From Octopus sinensis (Eukaryota): a stretch of 64,000 nt of DNA. Each line of letters opens with the position of its first letter. Positions within the stretch are counted from its first letter, which is position 1. The notes beneath the pieces are model-generated. The model saw nothing but the letters and a program-made list of their open reading frames with translations. It searched no databases and was not told the DNA's origin. A program made the translations under genes and the position numbers. Shown here piece after piece: positions 23,894-36,630 of this stretch. The stretch spans positions 39,680,001-39,744,000 of the forward strand of contig NC_043010.1 of the NCBI RefSeq assembly GCF_006345805.1, read 5' to 3'.

Positions 23894-24095
23894 AGGTGGC
23901 GTGCTGGCAGAATCGCTACCGCGTCGGACTAATACTTAGCGGCATTTCTTCCAGGTTTATACTCTGCGTTCAAATGTTGACGAGGTCTATTTGGCTTTTC
24001 TTTCTTCGAGGTCGATAGAATAAGTACCATCTTTGCAGTGGGATCCATCTAAATAACTACAACCCACAGCCCAGCAAAAATTTCAGGCCTAGTGT
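23894..24095 (+). mobile_element. SINE family B, degenerate
   Basis: ggtggcgtgctggcagaatcg..tacttagcggcatttc..gttcaaat..gaggtc..aataagtacc. Confidence 0.6.
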
Positions 24096-25637
24096 CTAGT
24101 GTAGAGACGAGGTCATTTGAATGGGAGGAATCTTGCTATCTCGCGTAGCACTAAGGGACATGGAGATCCATCAAAGCGCTCATTATTAGATTCAGGGCGG
24201 AAATGGTACAGGAGACACATATAACGTTATAGTAAGTTTTAATATCGAATTCATTAACCTGTCCATAATTAACTATCAGCATTATAATAAATTTGATTAC
24301 ATAGTAACTTACTAACATCGTGAACGACACCTGATATAGGTATTAATAATAGTAATTTAGCAACGATCGGAATTTCAATTAATAACCGTCTTACGATAAG
24401 GAAGTTGAGATTTGTTTAATTAATCGATATTCGTAATCTGTCATTGCATTTATATCAGTGTTAACAATATTTCGTTGTTATTATTCAACAGTCCAACATC
24501 AATGCTAGAGAATAATGAAGTCCTTAGTGAACTTGCTGCAATCAATTAGTTACACAATATCTGTGGTATAATTAGCATTGCATGAAAAGAGCAGATAAAT
24601 TCTTGACTAATTAAAGTTTATACATTCACAGAACTCACACACGTGTGAGAACTCACACACGTTTTTACATACATTTATAGCGGTAATTGAGGTAGAAATA
24701 TCAATATTTTAATTAAACCGAAAACTATAAAAGAAAAATATTTCGCTGTTAATAAATGTTTGCAAAGTATCTTCTATACATAAACAATTGTTTAGAAACG
24801 CACGCACCCACGCACATAGACATATAAACCCATACACACGCACACGCATATATGTATAAAAGAAATCTCTATATATATACATACATATATATATGCATAT
24901 ATGTTTATTTATGTATATATGCGTGTGTCTATAGTTGTACATGTGTAAATATATGAATGTATATATGCATATATATTTATGTACGTATATATATATACAT
25001 ATATATATGCATATGTATTCATATGAATATATATATATATATATATATATATCCTTCTCTTTCTTCTTCTTCTTCACCTTCTTCTTCTTCTTCTTCTCTT
25101 TCTTCTTCTCCTTTAAGTACGCACACGCAGGCACACACACACAAGTACACACATGTACAAATACATAGACACTCACATACAGTTTGTGAAACTTCATCCT
25201 TAACCAGGAGAGTGTGGTGCTCTCAAGCTCAATGAAAGAACTTTGCTTAGATGCTTACACTTAATCAAATTTCCTGATCTGGATGCAATTCATAACAGCC
25301 CGATTAATTCTGAATAGAACAGAAGAATGAGACGCAAATCTCAAATTCTTTCATCTTCCACGCGTCCTTTCTCTCGTCTTTTTTATTCTCACTGGCCAGC
25401 TTCTTCTATACATACATACGTATGCGTATATATATATATATTATATATATATATATATATATATGTACGTATATACATATATATATATATGTATGTGTGT
25501 GTATGTGTGTGTGAGTGTGTGTGTGTGCGTGTGGTAGTGTTTGTATGTATGCATCTCATTAATAACAGTATATTTCTCTGTAAGTTTTCCAACAAGACAA
25601 TTATTAGTACATTTCTTTATAGATACTTTACTGTACA

Positions 25638-25639
<2 letters not shown>

Positions 25640-25696
<57 letters not shown>

Positions 25697-25865
25697 ATAA
25701 TAATAATAATAATAATAATAATACATACATACATACATACATACATACATACATACATAATACATACATACATACATACATACATACATACGTACATACA
25801 TACATACATACATACGTACATATATACATACATACATACATACGTACATACATACATACATACAA
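25640..25865. repeat. (TAC)n(TAA)n(TACA)n compound array
   Basis: Visible array. Confidence 0.95.
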
Positions 25866-25869
25866 GCAT

Positions 25870-26250
25870 ACAATCTTGAAAAGAGGAAAGCGGGTTAAGA
25901 GTAACAATAACACACTAGATAAAGCAAGTGAAATAAGAGAATTAGACCAAAACCTGGACATATAAATACTTAGTAATCAGTGAACTAAATACGGTACAAC
26001 ACACACAAATGAAACAGAAGATAAGAAAGGATTGCTATAGACAAGTTCGATTAATACTCAAAACAGAGCTGATTTTGAAAAACAAGATAATAGGTATCAA
26101 CACTCTAGCTGTCCAAGTTTTAGGTTACAGCGATAATGTTCTTAATTCGACTTTAAATGAACTAGCCAAACTAGGCAGGAAGACAAGCAAAATAAGAACC
26201 GAATTTAGGATGCACCTCCCCAAATCATTTATTTTGGACCGGCAGAGTTG
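25870..26250 (+). pseudogene. R4/Dong-clade LINE RT/thumb fragment
   Basis: ILKRGKRVKS..EIRELDQ..YKYL..QHTQMKQKIRKDCYRQVRLILKTEL..KNKIIGINTLAV..Y...LGRKTSK..MHLPKS, matching the R4/Dong consensus as recalled. Confidence 0.8.
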
Positions 26251-29200
26251 AGATCTATAAGGGAGAAGCAGGAGTGGGATTTGCAATCAAAACCACTCTG
26301 GTTTCAAAACCTTGGGAACTGCCATGTTATCATTCTGATCGTTTGATGTCTTTAAAAGTTTTTGTTAAGGAAGGTCGATATGCAGCATTCATAAGCACAT
26401 ATGCTCCAACTATGAATTCCTCAGGCTGAAGTGGGAGACTGTAAATATAAAAAAATAACAAGAGAAATGGTGCAATACATTATACTTGGACGACTGGATG
26501 CCATACTAAATCACTGGAAAATTACTTCCTCTCTGACGATTTACTCAAGTTCGAAACGGATGGAAACATTTTATCGAAACCCGAAATATAGAAGCAATGC
26601 GAACTCTACGATCTTTTATATTAGAAGGATATTATCATAAAGATCTGGAAATATACAAAAATATACAAAAATCGTTACAGTTATGTACACGAATAGTTAA
26701 AATACATAAAGTCACTTGTATAACAAAATCAGCATTATACAAACATGTAGCATACAACAAGTAGAACTAGGATTTCATAGGAGAAAAACGTAAGTCAACT
26801 GAATCAATAACTGTAGGCCTGTATTCTATGACTAATTGTTTTTTATTGGTCGATGGGCATCAATATAATATATTACAGATTTCATGTCGAAATTTATATG
26901 AGAAACAGTATAAAATGAGAAGCAGGTAATTAAAGAAAATGTATGTTTATGTTTTCCCAAACGGTGACAGCCACTTAAAAAGTGAATATTTTGTATAAAA
27001 GTACAAGAAGAAAAACTTCAAACACTTACAAACTGGATAAAATTCCCCCCTTTTCGCATATGTAAAGCGATCTAACGTAATACATCGTTGGACCTTGATG
27101 GACCGCCCTCACACACGATAATATATCTATGTTCAAAGTTTAGTAAGTGACGCATATAAAGATTTGAAAGTCGAGAAAAAAGAAGCCTGAGGAAGGCAAA
27201 AGATAACAATTCTTATAATAACACTCATGTGAATGATAGAAAGGTCGACAAATACGAAAGCAATGCGCATTCAGAAAAAACACCTGATCATCACAATTTT
27301 GAGATAGAACACAGCTAGATTCTGCACGCTTATTGTGAAGAATATTCTCAATACAATACACCCCACACAAAACAGTAAATACCCAAGTAGGACATAACCG
27401 CTTTCGAAATTGCTATGAGCGGTTGCAATAAAATGAAAGTTGCTGAAATATCATAATACAGAAAGTAAACTGTTTAAACAAACTAATACAATATAAAACT
27501 AAATAATTTATTTTGTTATATTTCATTTATGTTCGAAATTCATCTCGTTTAGCTTTAGCATCTTTTATTTACGATGTTTTGTGTTTCGATCAGATTGCAG
27601 ATAAATATTAATCGTATGGCGTACCGTGTAGAGAAAATAACGTTGGCCGCTATCCTGGTTAATGTTTTTAAGAGCAATTATTTATTTAATTGGCATTTAA
27701 ATTTTAGTGTTATTGTTGCAAATGGTGTTGGTAGAGAGAGGAACGTAAGAAGAGAATTCTATGTTTTACGGTTGCAAAAGTGTTTCATTCAAACGGCGAC
27801 GGTCGAATTGACATTATGGCTGACTGCCAGTTGAAGTGTTATCCTCATTACAGGTGCTTTGGAAGATGGTTTAGGAAAATCGCTAAAAATCGAAGACAAT
27901 TGCCGCCATACCCAGCTTCACATATCACTCGTCTTGTACCCTTCGACAAGAATGTATAGTCTTCTATTTATGTAAAATTGTAAGAAACACCGAGAATCGC
28001 TGACGATTTAGCATTCCTTCAAGGTTTACAAAACAAGAATTTATCTAATATTCGGAGCAACGTAGTCCACAATAACATTTAACACTGATGGGCAACCTTG
28101 TTCTTAAATTACGGCAGAAATATTTTGCATCATATATTCCGGCTCTTTACAACCTGAGTTCAAATCCCACCATGGTGAAGTCTACTCCTACCCACATATT
28201 GTTGGCATGAATAGAAATTTGACATTCTTTTAGGATGCAGTAAGGAGGAAATCGGTTTTACGGACATGTTAGATAAATTTCAATGCTTCCGTTATTATCA
28301 ATGATTTCGTCTCAGTAGTTTACCTGGCAGAGGTTTGTGTGGAAAGCGATTGGCTTTACTCATGGAATCGAAGAACTAAAGGTTTTGCCGTGAGGTGTGA
28401 TGATAATTTTAAATTTAAAACTGGACGACTTTTGTCTAGATTCAAGTTTCTACATCCATTGTCCTGTCTTCCATTGCCTCACACCGTGCGCACACACATT
28501 CGCACACACTCAGACATTGTCATGCAATCAAGTGGAGAAATCACATACACGAACATAGACAAGATATATATATATATATATATATGCATGTCTGTGTCGA
28601 ATATATATATATATACGTATTATGTATACTTATCTATACATAATTAAACTTACGTATACACGTCCATCCACAAGCACACACAAGCACACACAGACACAGA
28701 TACCCACACCCACACACACACATGCACACGCACGCACGCACACACACACACATACACGCTTAAACACAGACACAAACAACGTAATGCAATCCACAGACAC
28801 AGGTCCACATACGTAAACACCCAGAAACGATGTTTACCCGAATTCAGGCAGCATTTCGTATTATACAAACAGCAAGAGAAAAAATACTACGGCCTGCAAC
28901 GTCTCATGAAATGATACCCCGATATCACACGAACAGGCGCAAAAGATCGCCACTTTCCCTATTTTTCAGCAGTATACACGACTTATATACATCATATCTA
29001 ATCCGCCAACGGCTGCCATGTTAAGTATCTAACGCACGACAGCTTCTCTATTTCCACCTTTCCTATTTAAACTTCGTTGTTTTCTCATATTTCCTTAATC
29101 TCTTTCCTGCCGACAATAACATTCTGAACAACAAAAACGTCTGAGATTCACAATTCCTTGTCTATTTCCCCAGGCTTTCAACGTAACTTTTATAGTTAAA

Positions 29201-30078
29201 CCATTCTGTCATTGTGTTTGTACTTTTGAGTAGATATATGTACATATATACATAAATATGTATGAATGTATATATATATTATATATATATATACATATAT
29301 ATATATATACATATATACATGCATTCATACATACGTACATACATACATACATACATACATGCACAATGCGGAGTTTTAGTTCACAAGTGATCGAAAAGAC
29401 TAGGTGCGCTGGGTGAGTGCTGTGACGGATTACCAGAGCTTCAAGGTCATATCCGAGACGGGAGTTATGGAACCATTGTAGATTCCGATAAAGCGGGTAT
29501 GTATTTGTTAAAGAGGAAAGCAAACGCTAAGGCAGAACAAACATCTCAAGTCTTCTCTTTCGATCTCTTTCATTTTCTTTCACTTTAAGTTTTTCTTTTA
29601 CTTTATCTTCCTGTACCTTCCTTCTTTATTTATTTATCTTCTTGATTATTTTTGTTCATTATATTTTTATATTCTTTATTTTATTCTTTCCTACCAATCC
29701 TTGCCAATGCGCTGTCAATTGTGTTCTTCTCCCTCTTCTCTCTGTACCCTGCCAGCTTCCCTACAAATACCTCTCCTCTTTCTATTTATTTTTTTTTCTC
29801 TTCAACCCTCAATTGCCACTTCTGCTATCATTCTCTTAGGAACCATTGATATGGTCGCACTTCTCTCTGCATATTTGCACTACGAAGACTCTAACCACAC
29901 CGGGATTTTCATAGGATTGTACCTAAAAACTTATAGACTAACATACATCTACACTATCGGAAAGTTGAACTATGAACTTTTAAGTTACTTTTTTCTTCAT
30001 TTCTTTATTTCTGTATCTCTCCAGCACTTTATTTCATCGCCGCGTCCTTAATCTATACATTTCACATTTTCCCTATGT

Positions 30079-30133
30079 GTCCCTGATGACGGGATATCCC
30101 ATGTTTTAAAATATCCCAGAAACAGCTGAAGAC
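30079..30133 (+). ncRNA. Degenerate type I hammerhead-like motif
   Basis: GUCC-CUGAUGA-C GGGAUAU(13 nt)AUAUCCC A-GAAAC-AGCU-G[U missing]AAGAC: 7-bp stem II and a palindromic AGCU loop III. U16.1 is lost. Confidence 0.45.
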
Positions 30134-30214
30134 TAGATTTTTTAAATTATAATAACGTATGTGACTATGTGACTTGAGGTGTTTATCTTGCCTTAGCGTT
30201 TGCTGTCCTCTTAA

Positions 30215-30215
30215 C

Positions 30216-30257
<42 letters not shown>

Positions 30258-30337
30258 TATATATATATATATATATGTGTGTGTGTATATATATATATAA
30301 TATATATAATATATATATATATTATATATATATATAT

Positions 30338-30394
<57 letters not shown>

Positions 30395-30397
30395 CAT
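30215..30397. repeat. (TA)n microsatellite
   Basis: Visible array. Confidence 0.95.
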
Positions 30398-30420
30398 ATA
30401 AAGAAGGCTAGGTAAAGACT

Positions 30421-30490
30421 GTTTATGGGATTATCTAAGGTTTCAAGTCCATAAGCGCTTAGATTTACGGCGTATCACCAGATCCCAAAC
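30421..30490 (-). ncRNA. Type I hammerhead-like motif, copy 1 (core mutated)
   Basis: GUUUGGGAU-CUGGUGA-UACGCCGUAAA..UUAUGGACUU-GAAAC-CUUAG-AUA-AUCCCAUAAAC. Strong stem I; A6>G and G16.2>A. Confidence 0.5.
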
Positions 30491-31416
30491 CTGTTGGCTT
30501 ATGGCCTCTCTAGCGGTCGTCCTCTCTAAAGATCGTCAGTTTTGCCACCAAAAGGCATGCTCCGCAAATTGCTTTCTAGATTTAAAGATCGACGGAGAGT
30601 GTAAAATTTGAATTCTTTGAGAGTTCAATTTACAATCTGAAATTAACTGTATTGTGTATTCTGTCTTATATTTCTACGTAGACTCGTTACACTGAAATCT
30701 TCAATTCAATATTTCCTCTCCATTTCTTAGATCTGCTTTGATTCTTATTTATGTTATCAAATTTCTGTGTTTCTTCACGTAATCCATTTACTTTTTCAAA
30801 TGCAATATGCAACATCGTCTTATCTCACCTACATTTCCCAAATATGAAATGGGAAATTGATATGAAAAAGATTAAGAGAAGATAAAAATTAAAATAAGTG
30901 ATTGATGATAAACATTTACCTGTATATGTAAGTAGGTGTGCGAAAACGTCACCCAGTATAAACAAACATAAACCACTTCAAATACGTTTGCAACATACAT
31001 GAATCTGTATTGGCTTCTAATTAGTGCGAACCATGGAGAAAAAAATTTGCTTAGACCAAAATGCGTTAGACCACTACAGTCAGTACATTTCTCCTGGGTT
31101 TGCAGTCAATGTGGCCCGTAATTAGATAATGTTTACTGATTTCCGATAAAAAGGAAGTCAACTGAAATTTACTTCACTTACTAGCAGTTGCTGAAAAGAA
31201 CTAATGTGTTCGAAATGCATGTAGAACGTACTCTCAGTTGACAATGGTGTAGTAACACGCGTTTTGTTATAAGCGAGATTTATTATCCCCGCCACAAAGT
31301 GCACTGAAAAGAATTGTGTGTGAGTGTGTATGTGTGTGTATGTGTGTATTTGTGTGTATGAACACTTCGTTTATTAAATATATATATATTTATGAAAATA
31401 ATGTTAGGTTCGGCCG

Positions 31417-31485
31417 GTTTATGTGATTACGCTAGGTTTCACGTCCATAAAGCGCTTACTTTACGGGTTATCATCAGATCTCAAA
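31417..31485 (-). ncRNA. Type I hammerhead-like motif, copy 2 (core intact)
   Basis: UUUGAGAU-CUGAUGA-UAAC CCGUAAAG uaagcg CUUUAUGG ACGU-GAAAC-CUAGC-GUA-AUCACAU. 8-bp distal stem II and a GUA site. Confidence 0.6.
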
Positions 31486-33662
31486 TCTGGAGGCTTATGG
31501 CCTCTTTAGCAAGCGGCTTCTCTAGAAAATTGAGGAGGAAAGGGCCGTGCTACTCAATGTCAACAACAAGGGATTGTCGCCTTTCGGAATCAATTTCAAG
31601 TAACCCTGTTACTTCGTGGGTTCCAATAGACCAGCAGGAATTTCCTGAAATGCAATCACGGCTCGGATCGAGAGAGCTCTTTAGCAAAATTTACAATGAT
31701 TGGTCCCATTTATTTCGGGGCCAGGATATTCTAGGATTCTCCATATTGTGTGTGGAAACCTGTCGTCCTACAGCTGCCATGCATGGCTGGCTAATGACGA
31801 AACGTATCTCATTTCCGATATCCTGAAGGAGGATCTGTGGTTAGAGAGGCGTTGTTTGACTTGAATGTGTTACCAGAGCAACCGATGTATCACCGTGCTC
31901 GGGTGTTGGCGATGCTGTATCTGTTGGTGTTGGCTATGCTGCTACCGATGTTGTTAGTACTGGCGTGGTTGGCATTGGGGTCATTGGGGGTGGTGATGGT
32001 GTTGGTGCCGTTACAAGTGGTGTTGATATGGTCATAGTCGTTGATAGAGTCACTGTGACTGCTGTTATAGATATCATTGGCGATGGTTCTGCTGCTATTT
32101 CCGTTAGGGAAAGCACCATTGTTGTCGTTCCTGTTGCTATTATTTTTACCGCTGGCGATGAGGCTGCCGCTGGTTCTGCTGGTTCTGCTCGTGTCTCTGC
32201 TTCTGCTACTATTGGTGCTGTTGACCCTGCTTTTCGGGCCGTGTTTGCATTTCAGGAAATTCCTGCTGGCCTGTTGGAACCCACAAGATAATAGGATCAC
32301 TTAAGATCGATAGTCAAAGAGAGACAATCCCTTGTTATCGACACTGAGTAGCCAGATACTTTCCTCCTTCTCAAATTCCTTTTCGCATTCTTTTGAACCC
32401 TTAAATCACAATATTGTATTGTTCATGTTTCAGAAATCAAAAAATAAAATGCTACAGAGATTTTTGAAATTTATAAAGGTGAATGACTTGGAGAATGCTT
32501 ACAGCAAAGCAAGGCATAATAAATTAATTTTTATTCAAGCAATGATTTTATCAGTAAAGCGCAGTTTCTTGCCTTCGTAGTGATTTAAAATTCTCTTTGC
32601 AGAGATTTAAATTTTGAAAAGGATGAAAAGTTTCGAAGCTTCGCCTCTATCATTTCACAGCTAATTATTGCATAATGTTCAGAGACATCCGGAAATTTAC
32701 TATAAAGTAAACGAGTTTTACTTGTAAGCCAATAAGTAATCTATAAAGCTATGTGTAAAATGTTTATGTGTTAAATGAATCATTAAAAATATTACTGTTC
32801 ATACTGCATCTTAATTGACATTCTTCACTCACGGTTTCTTCATAGTCTTCCCCGATATCTAGCTCAACCACAACTCGCATATGCTAATATAAACTTATAT
32901 CTAACATTGCTCCCCCTTGCAAACGCACTTTTAACTGTATCAGCAAACTAGTTATATGGTTCTAGAGCGGTTTACTGTAAGTTTGGTAATAATATCCAGA
33001 ATACGGAATTATATTTCAAAATTTTGCAATTCCATGCATCTATATAACTTTTAAAGATCGCGATGGCAAATTTCATTAGCTACTTCAAATACACCGAAAT
33101 TAATCATGCTAAAATTTACTCACGTATATTCACCAAACATTGCATCAACTCTGGTATCCTGCAAGCAAAATAGAAGCATTTCATCTATGATATAATAACA
33201 ATGCTTGCCCATAAGGTGGGATGAATAGCATGGACAATAAACAGCGCTGCAAACTCAAGCAATTCGATTTAATAGAATATCAACCCCTTTGAAACTAGCA
33301 CTATTCTCCTCAGTCTTCGCCCATAACTTTGCACCAATGTAATAAATGCAACGTAGGAATCACTATTCAAGCAAGGGAATAATTCCTATTCTTTGGTAAT
33401 TCATTCTAACTCATTCTGTGATAAATTGAACTGATACAATTTGTCTAATAACTCCATTGACCTGGATAAGATCTCGAATTATGCTAAGTTATTGGCATAC
33501 TTTGAAATTATTTCATACCTTGCATAACATATGGGCCATTAGTCTCTCATAGAGTAAATGACTATGAATTGAATAGATTTCGAAGAGAGCTTACAAATCT
33601 CTCTCTAAAACAGTAGAAATAAAATTCAACTCATAAATGTAAAAAAAATTGTATAATATATA

Positions 33663-33795
<133 letters not shown>

Positions 33796-33839
33796 CATGC
33801 GTGTGTATGTGTGTGTGCGTTTACACTTATATACGTATA

Positions 33840-34115
33840 GTTAGAATTTACAAAAGAACAAAAGACGAAGATGGGTGTGTAAACAACAAACATATGTATT
33901 AGTTTAACGCTCGGGAAGTGAGAAAGCCTTTTACGCTTCCAGTATATATATAATATATTTATTATATATTACAACAGAAAGGAACACAGAAATAAACAAG
34001 GAGAGGAAATAGAAAAAAAGGTTTAGTGGCTAGCGATATAACATGGCAAATGCCGGACAGAAGGGTCACCCAGGAGAGCTAGGAGAGAAGGGGAGATGAT
34101 GAGGTAGTGCTGATC
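33840..34115 (-). repeat. Dispersed repeat, possibly PLE terminal-repeat derived
   Basis: Shares caaaagacgaagatgggtgt..aaacaa..aacgctc.ggaa.g.gaaa..cttt and cagaa..aacacaga..aacaaggaga with 63848-64000 and 8135-8210. Confidence 0.6.
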
Positions 34116-34324
34116 CCAAAACGAAGGTATGCGTGCGTGTGTGTGTAGAGAGAGAAAGAGAGAGTGACAGACGGACAGACAAACAGAAGAGGGATAGAGA
34201 TAGACAAATAGATAAATAGAAATGTATACATGTATATTATATTTATTATATATGCATGTATGTATGCATGTATGTAAGCATGAATGTATGTAAGAGTACT
34301 AAATAATTCTTTTTACGATAGACA

Positions 34325-34520
34325 CACGGCCTGAAATTTTGGAGGGTGCACAAGACGATTACATTAACTCTGGTGTGTAACTGACGTATATTTCATCGAC
34401 CCCGAAAGAATGAAGGGCAAAGTCAACCTCGGCGAAATTCGTACTCAGAAAATAAGAGCGGAACAAATGCCGCTAAGCAATTTGTTCGGCGCGCATACGA
34501 CTCTACCAGCTCGCCGCCTT
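34325..34520 (-). mobile_element. SINE family B
   Basis: catcgaccccgaaagaatgaagggcaaagtcaacctcggcgaaattcgtactcag..ccagctcgccgcc. Confidence 0.8.
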
Positions 34521-35238
34521 CAAACGTATTTAATAATGAAACTTAAGTTTCATAATCGAAAGTAAGTTTAGTTTACTTAAGCTTTAACAAGTTACATGAA
34601 ATTTAGATTCTAATAAATTTCTAAAAAAACAAATCATGTGTATTTTTAAATTCCAACTTTCATTCTGAAAAATGTTTGCGCCAACAATTTAAACCAACAA
34701 ATGGATAATTCGTAGGAATTTTATAGCATCATTAATAATATTTCTATCTTGTATTTGGTGGGATGCAAACATTTAATTTAATTTAAATCATAAAGTGTTT
34801 TTAAATCCGATGAGCCAATAATTTTGACATCATCATCATGATCATTCATCATGATCATCATAATCATCACCATTATAATCATAATCATCATCATCATCAT
34901 CATCACCGTGGTCGTCGTCGTCGTCATCATCATTTCTATAATTGTCATTGGAATACGTGAATGAATGCATGGATGGTTATGACAAATAACAGATACAAAT
35001 ATTATTCTGGATTTGCAGAGACGTTCAGTTTTGAGATAAATACATTATGATACATGTTCCACGTCTTTATATTTTGGGTTCAAATTTCACATTGATCAAC
35101 TGTACGTTCTTTCTTTAGACTCCATAAAATATAAAACTAGTCAGATACTAAGGAGGGTGGTATCGACTAAATCATACTCTAACAAATTACTGGTTTTGTA
35201 CCTACATTTGGAACGGCTTAGTTTAATAGTTTAATAGT

Positions 35239-35612
35239 GTGGAGGCGCAATCGCCCAGTGGACTCGCGGTCGTAGGATCGCGGTTTCGATTCCCAGACCG
35301 GGCATTATGAGTGTTTATTGAGCAAAAGCACCTAAAGCTCCACGAGGCTCCGGCAGGGGGTGGAGGTGAACCCTTCTGTACTCTTTAACCACAACTTTTT
35401 CTCACTCTTTCTTCCTGTTTCTGTTGTACCTGTATTTGAAAGGGCCACCCTTGTACACGTGTCTGTGGAGTGCTCGGCCGCTTGCACGTTAATAAATGAG
35501 CTGCCAGGTCACTGGTGCCAAGTTGTATCAGCCCTTTCCTTTCCCTTGGATAACATCGGTGGCGTGGAGAGGAGAGGCTGTTATGCGTGGACGACTGCTG
35601 GTCTTCCATAAA
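35239..35612 (+). mobile_element. Chimeric SINE (family D head, middle module, family C 3' part)
   Basis: The 5' part matches 47211. gtgtctgtggagtgctc.gcc..ttgcacgttaat matches the inverse of 16475-16515. The 3' part aatgagctg..tgccaa..gtatc..cccttggataac..ggcgtggagagg..ctgctggtcttccataaac matches 7695-7815. Confidence 0.75.
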
Positions 35613-35729
35613 CTGGTCAATAAATATTTGCCATTACATTTTCAATCAACCAAATATGAACCATTTTATTGCACAATGAGCCTCTATCTTTTCTTTAACT
35701 TGAAAATACCCTCTTCCCATAATTGAGAG

Positions 35730-35915
35730 GATTTCATGGCAAAGAATTAATCAAGGTATCTTTTTACGTCATCTTAGGCATTGAAATTTTTACCATAAAA
35801 ACTATTCTGCAAAGACCTGAATAAGTGGAAATCCGAAGGAGCAATACCTGGTGAATATGGCGCGGGGTAACACATCCCAGCCGAGCTGCAGCAATTTTAG
35901 TCTGGTTCCCAAAGC
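35730..35915 (-). pseudogene. mariner transposase C-terminal fragment
   Basis: Manual translation LLQLGWDVLP.APYSPGIAPSDFHLFRSLQNSF.GKNF contains the YSPDLAP(S/C)D motif. Confidence 0.85.
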
Positions 35916-36374
35916 ATCAAGTGCTGAAAATGAACTTTCTTATCTTCCATTATAAAGGGTTACAAAATTAACACAGGTTATAGGAACATAAGTCTTCTTC
36001 AACGAAAAGATAGCTTAAACTGTGCTCTAAATGGAGATGTAGTCAAATCTTATTTTATGGACTCAACCATTTTCTAAAATAAGTCGAAATGTAAGCTACT
36101 ATAAATCGGCACGAACTTTCCGGACAACCCAATATTATGGATTACTTGTAATTGCATAAATGAGTCCCAATATAAATAGTTATAAATAATTGTTAACATT
36201 ACTTTTGTATTATATCAAGTATTAAGAATATAGTGATTAAGGTTTGCAAATTGGAGAAGAGATAATGATATTCCTTTAAACATCTCTCCGAAAATTTAGT
36301 GAGGTGCAAGCAAATTTTCTTTCCGAAATACGGTCCAGAGAAAAATAGTTTAGGAACCATTGTATTAGGGTCAT

Positions 36375-36510
36375 CTATTTCTTTATATTTGGATAATTTC
36401 TCCCATTCCTTTACGGAAATATTACTATCAGTTGGGACAGATATGTGGATTAATTGGGCAGCACTAGTCTTCTTCCTGACCTTCACAACACAATTTGACC
36501 CATCAATATG
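36375..36510 (-). pseudogene. R4/Dong restriction-like endonuclease fragment
   Basis: IVVKVRKKTS..LIHISVPTDSNISVKEWEKLSKYKEI matches D(I/V)xVPxDxNIxxKExEKLxKY. Confidence 0.75.
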
Positions 36511-36589
36511 TCAATAATAGGTAAATCGCTAAGTTTTGCTTAGGAATTCTCAAAGACAAGTTCCGTTTCCTGATTATATTTTACTACTG

Positions 36590-36630
<41 letters not shown>

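Noticed and set aside
26525-26570. CUGACGA..GAAAC hammerhead-like core
   Set aside because: Stem II has mismatches, and no valid stem III, NUH site or stem I can be drawn. At best a very old relic.
31837-32300. Overlapping 61-136 aa ORFs rich in V/G/A or N/T/S as a mucin-like or membrane protein
   Set aside because: Degenerate GNT/GCT trinucleotide DNA is open in several frames. Only the terminal motif has independent support (see findings).
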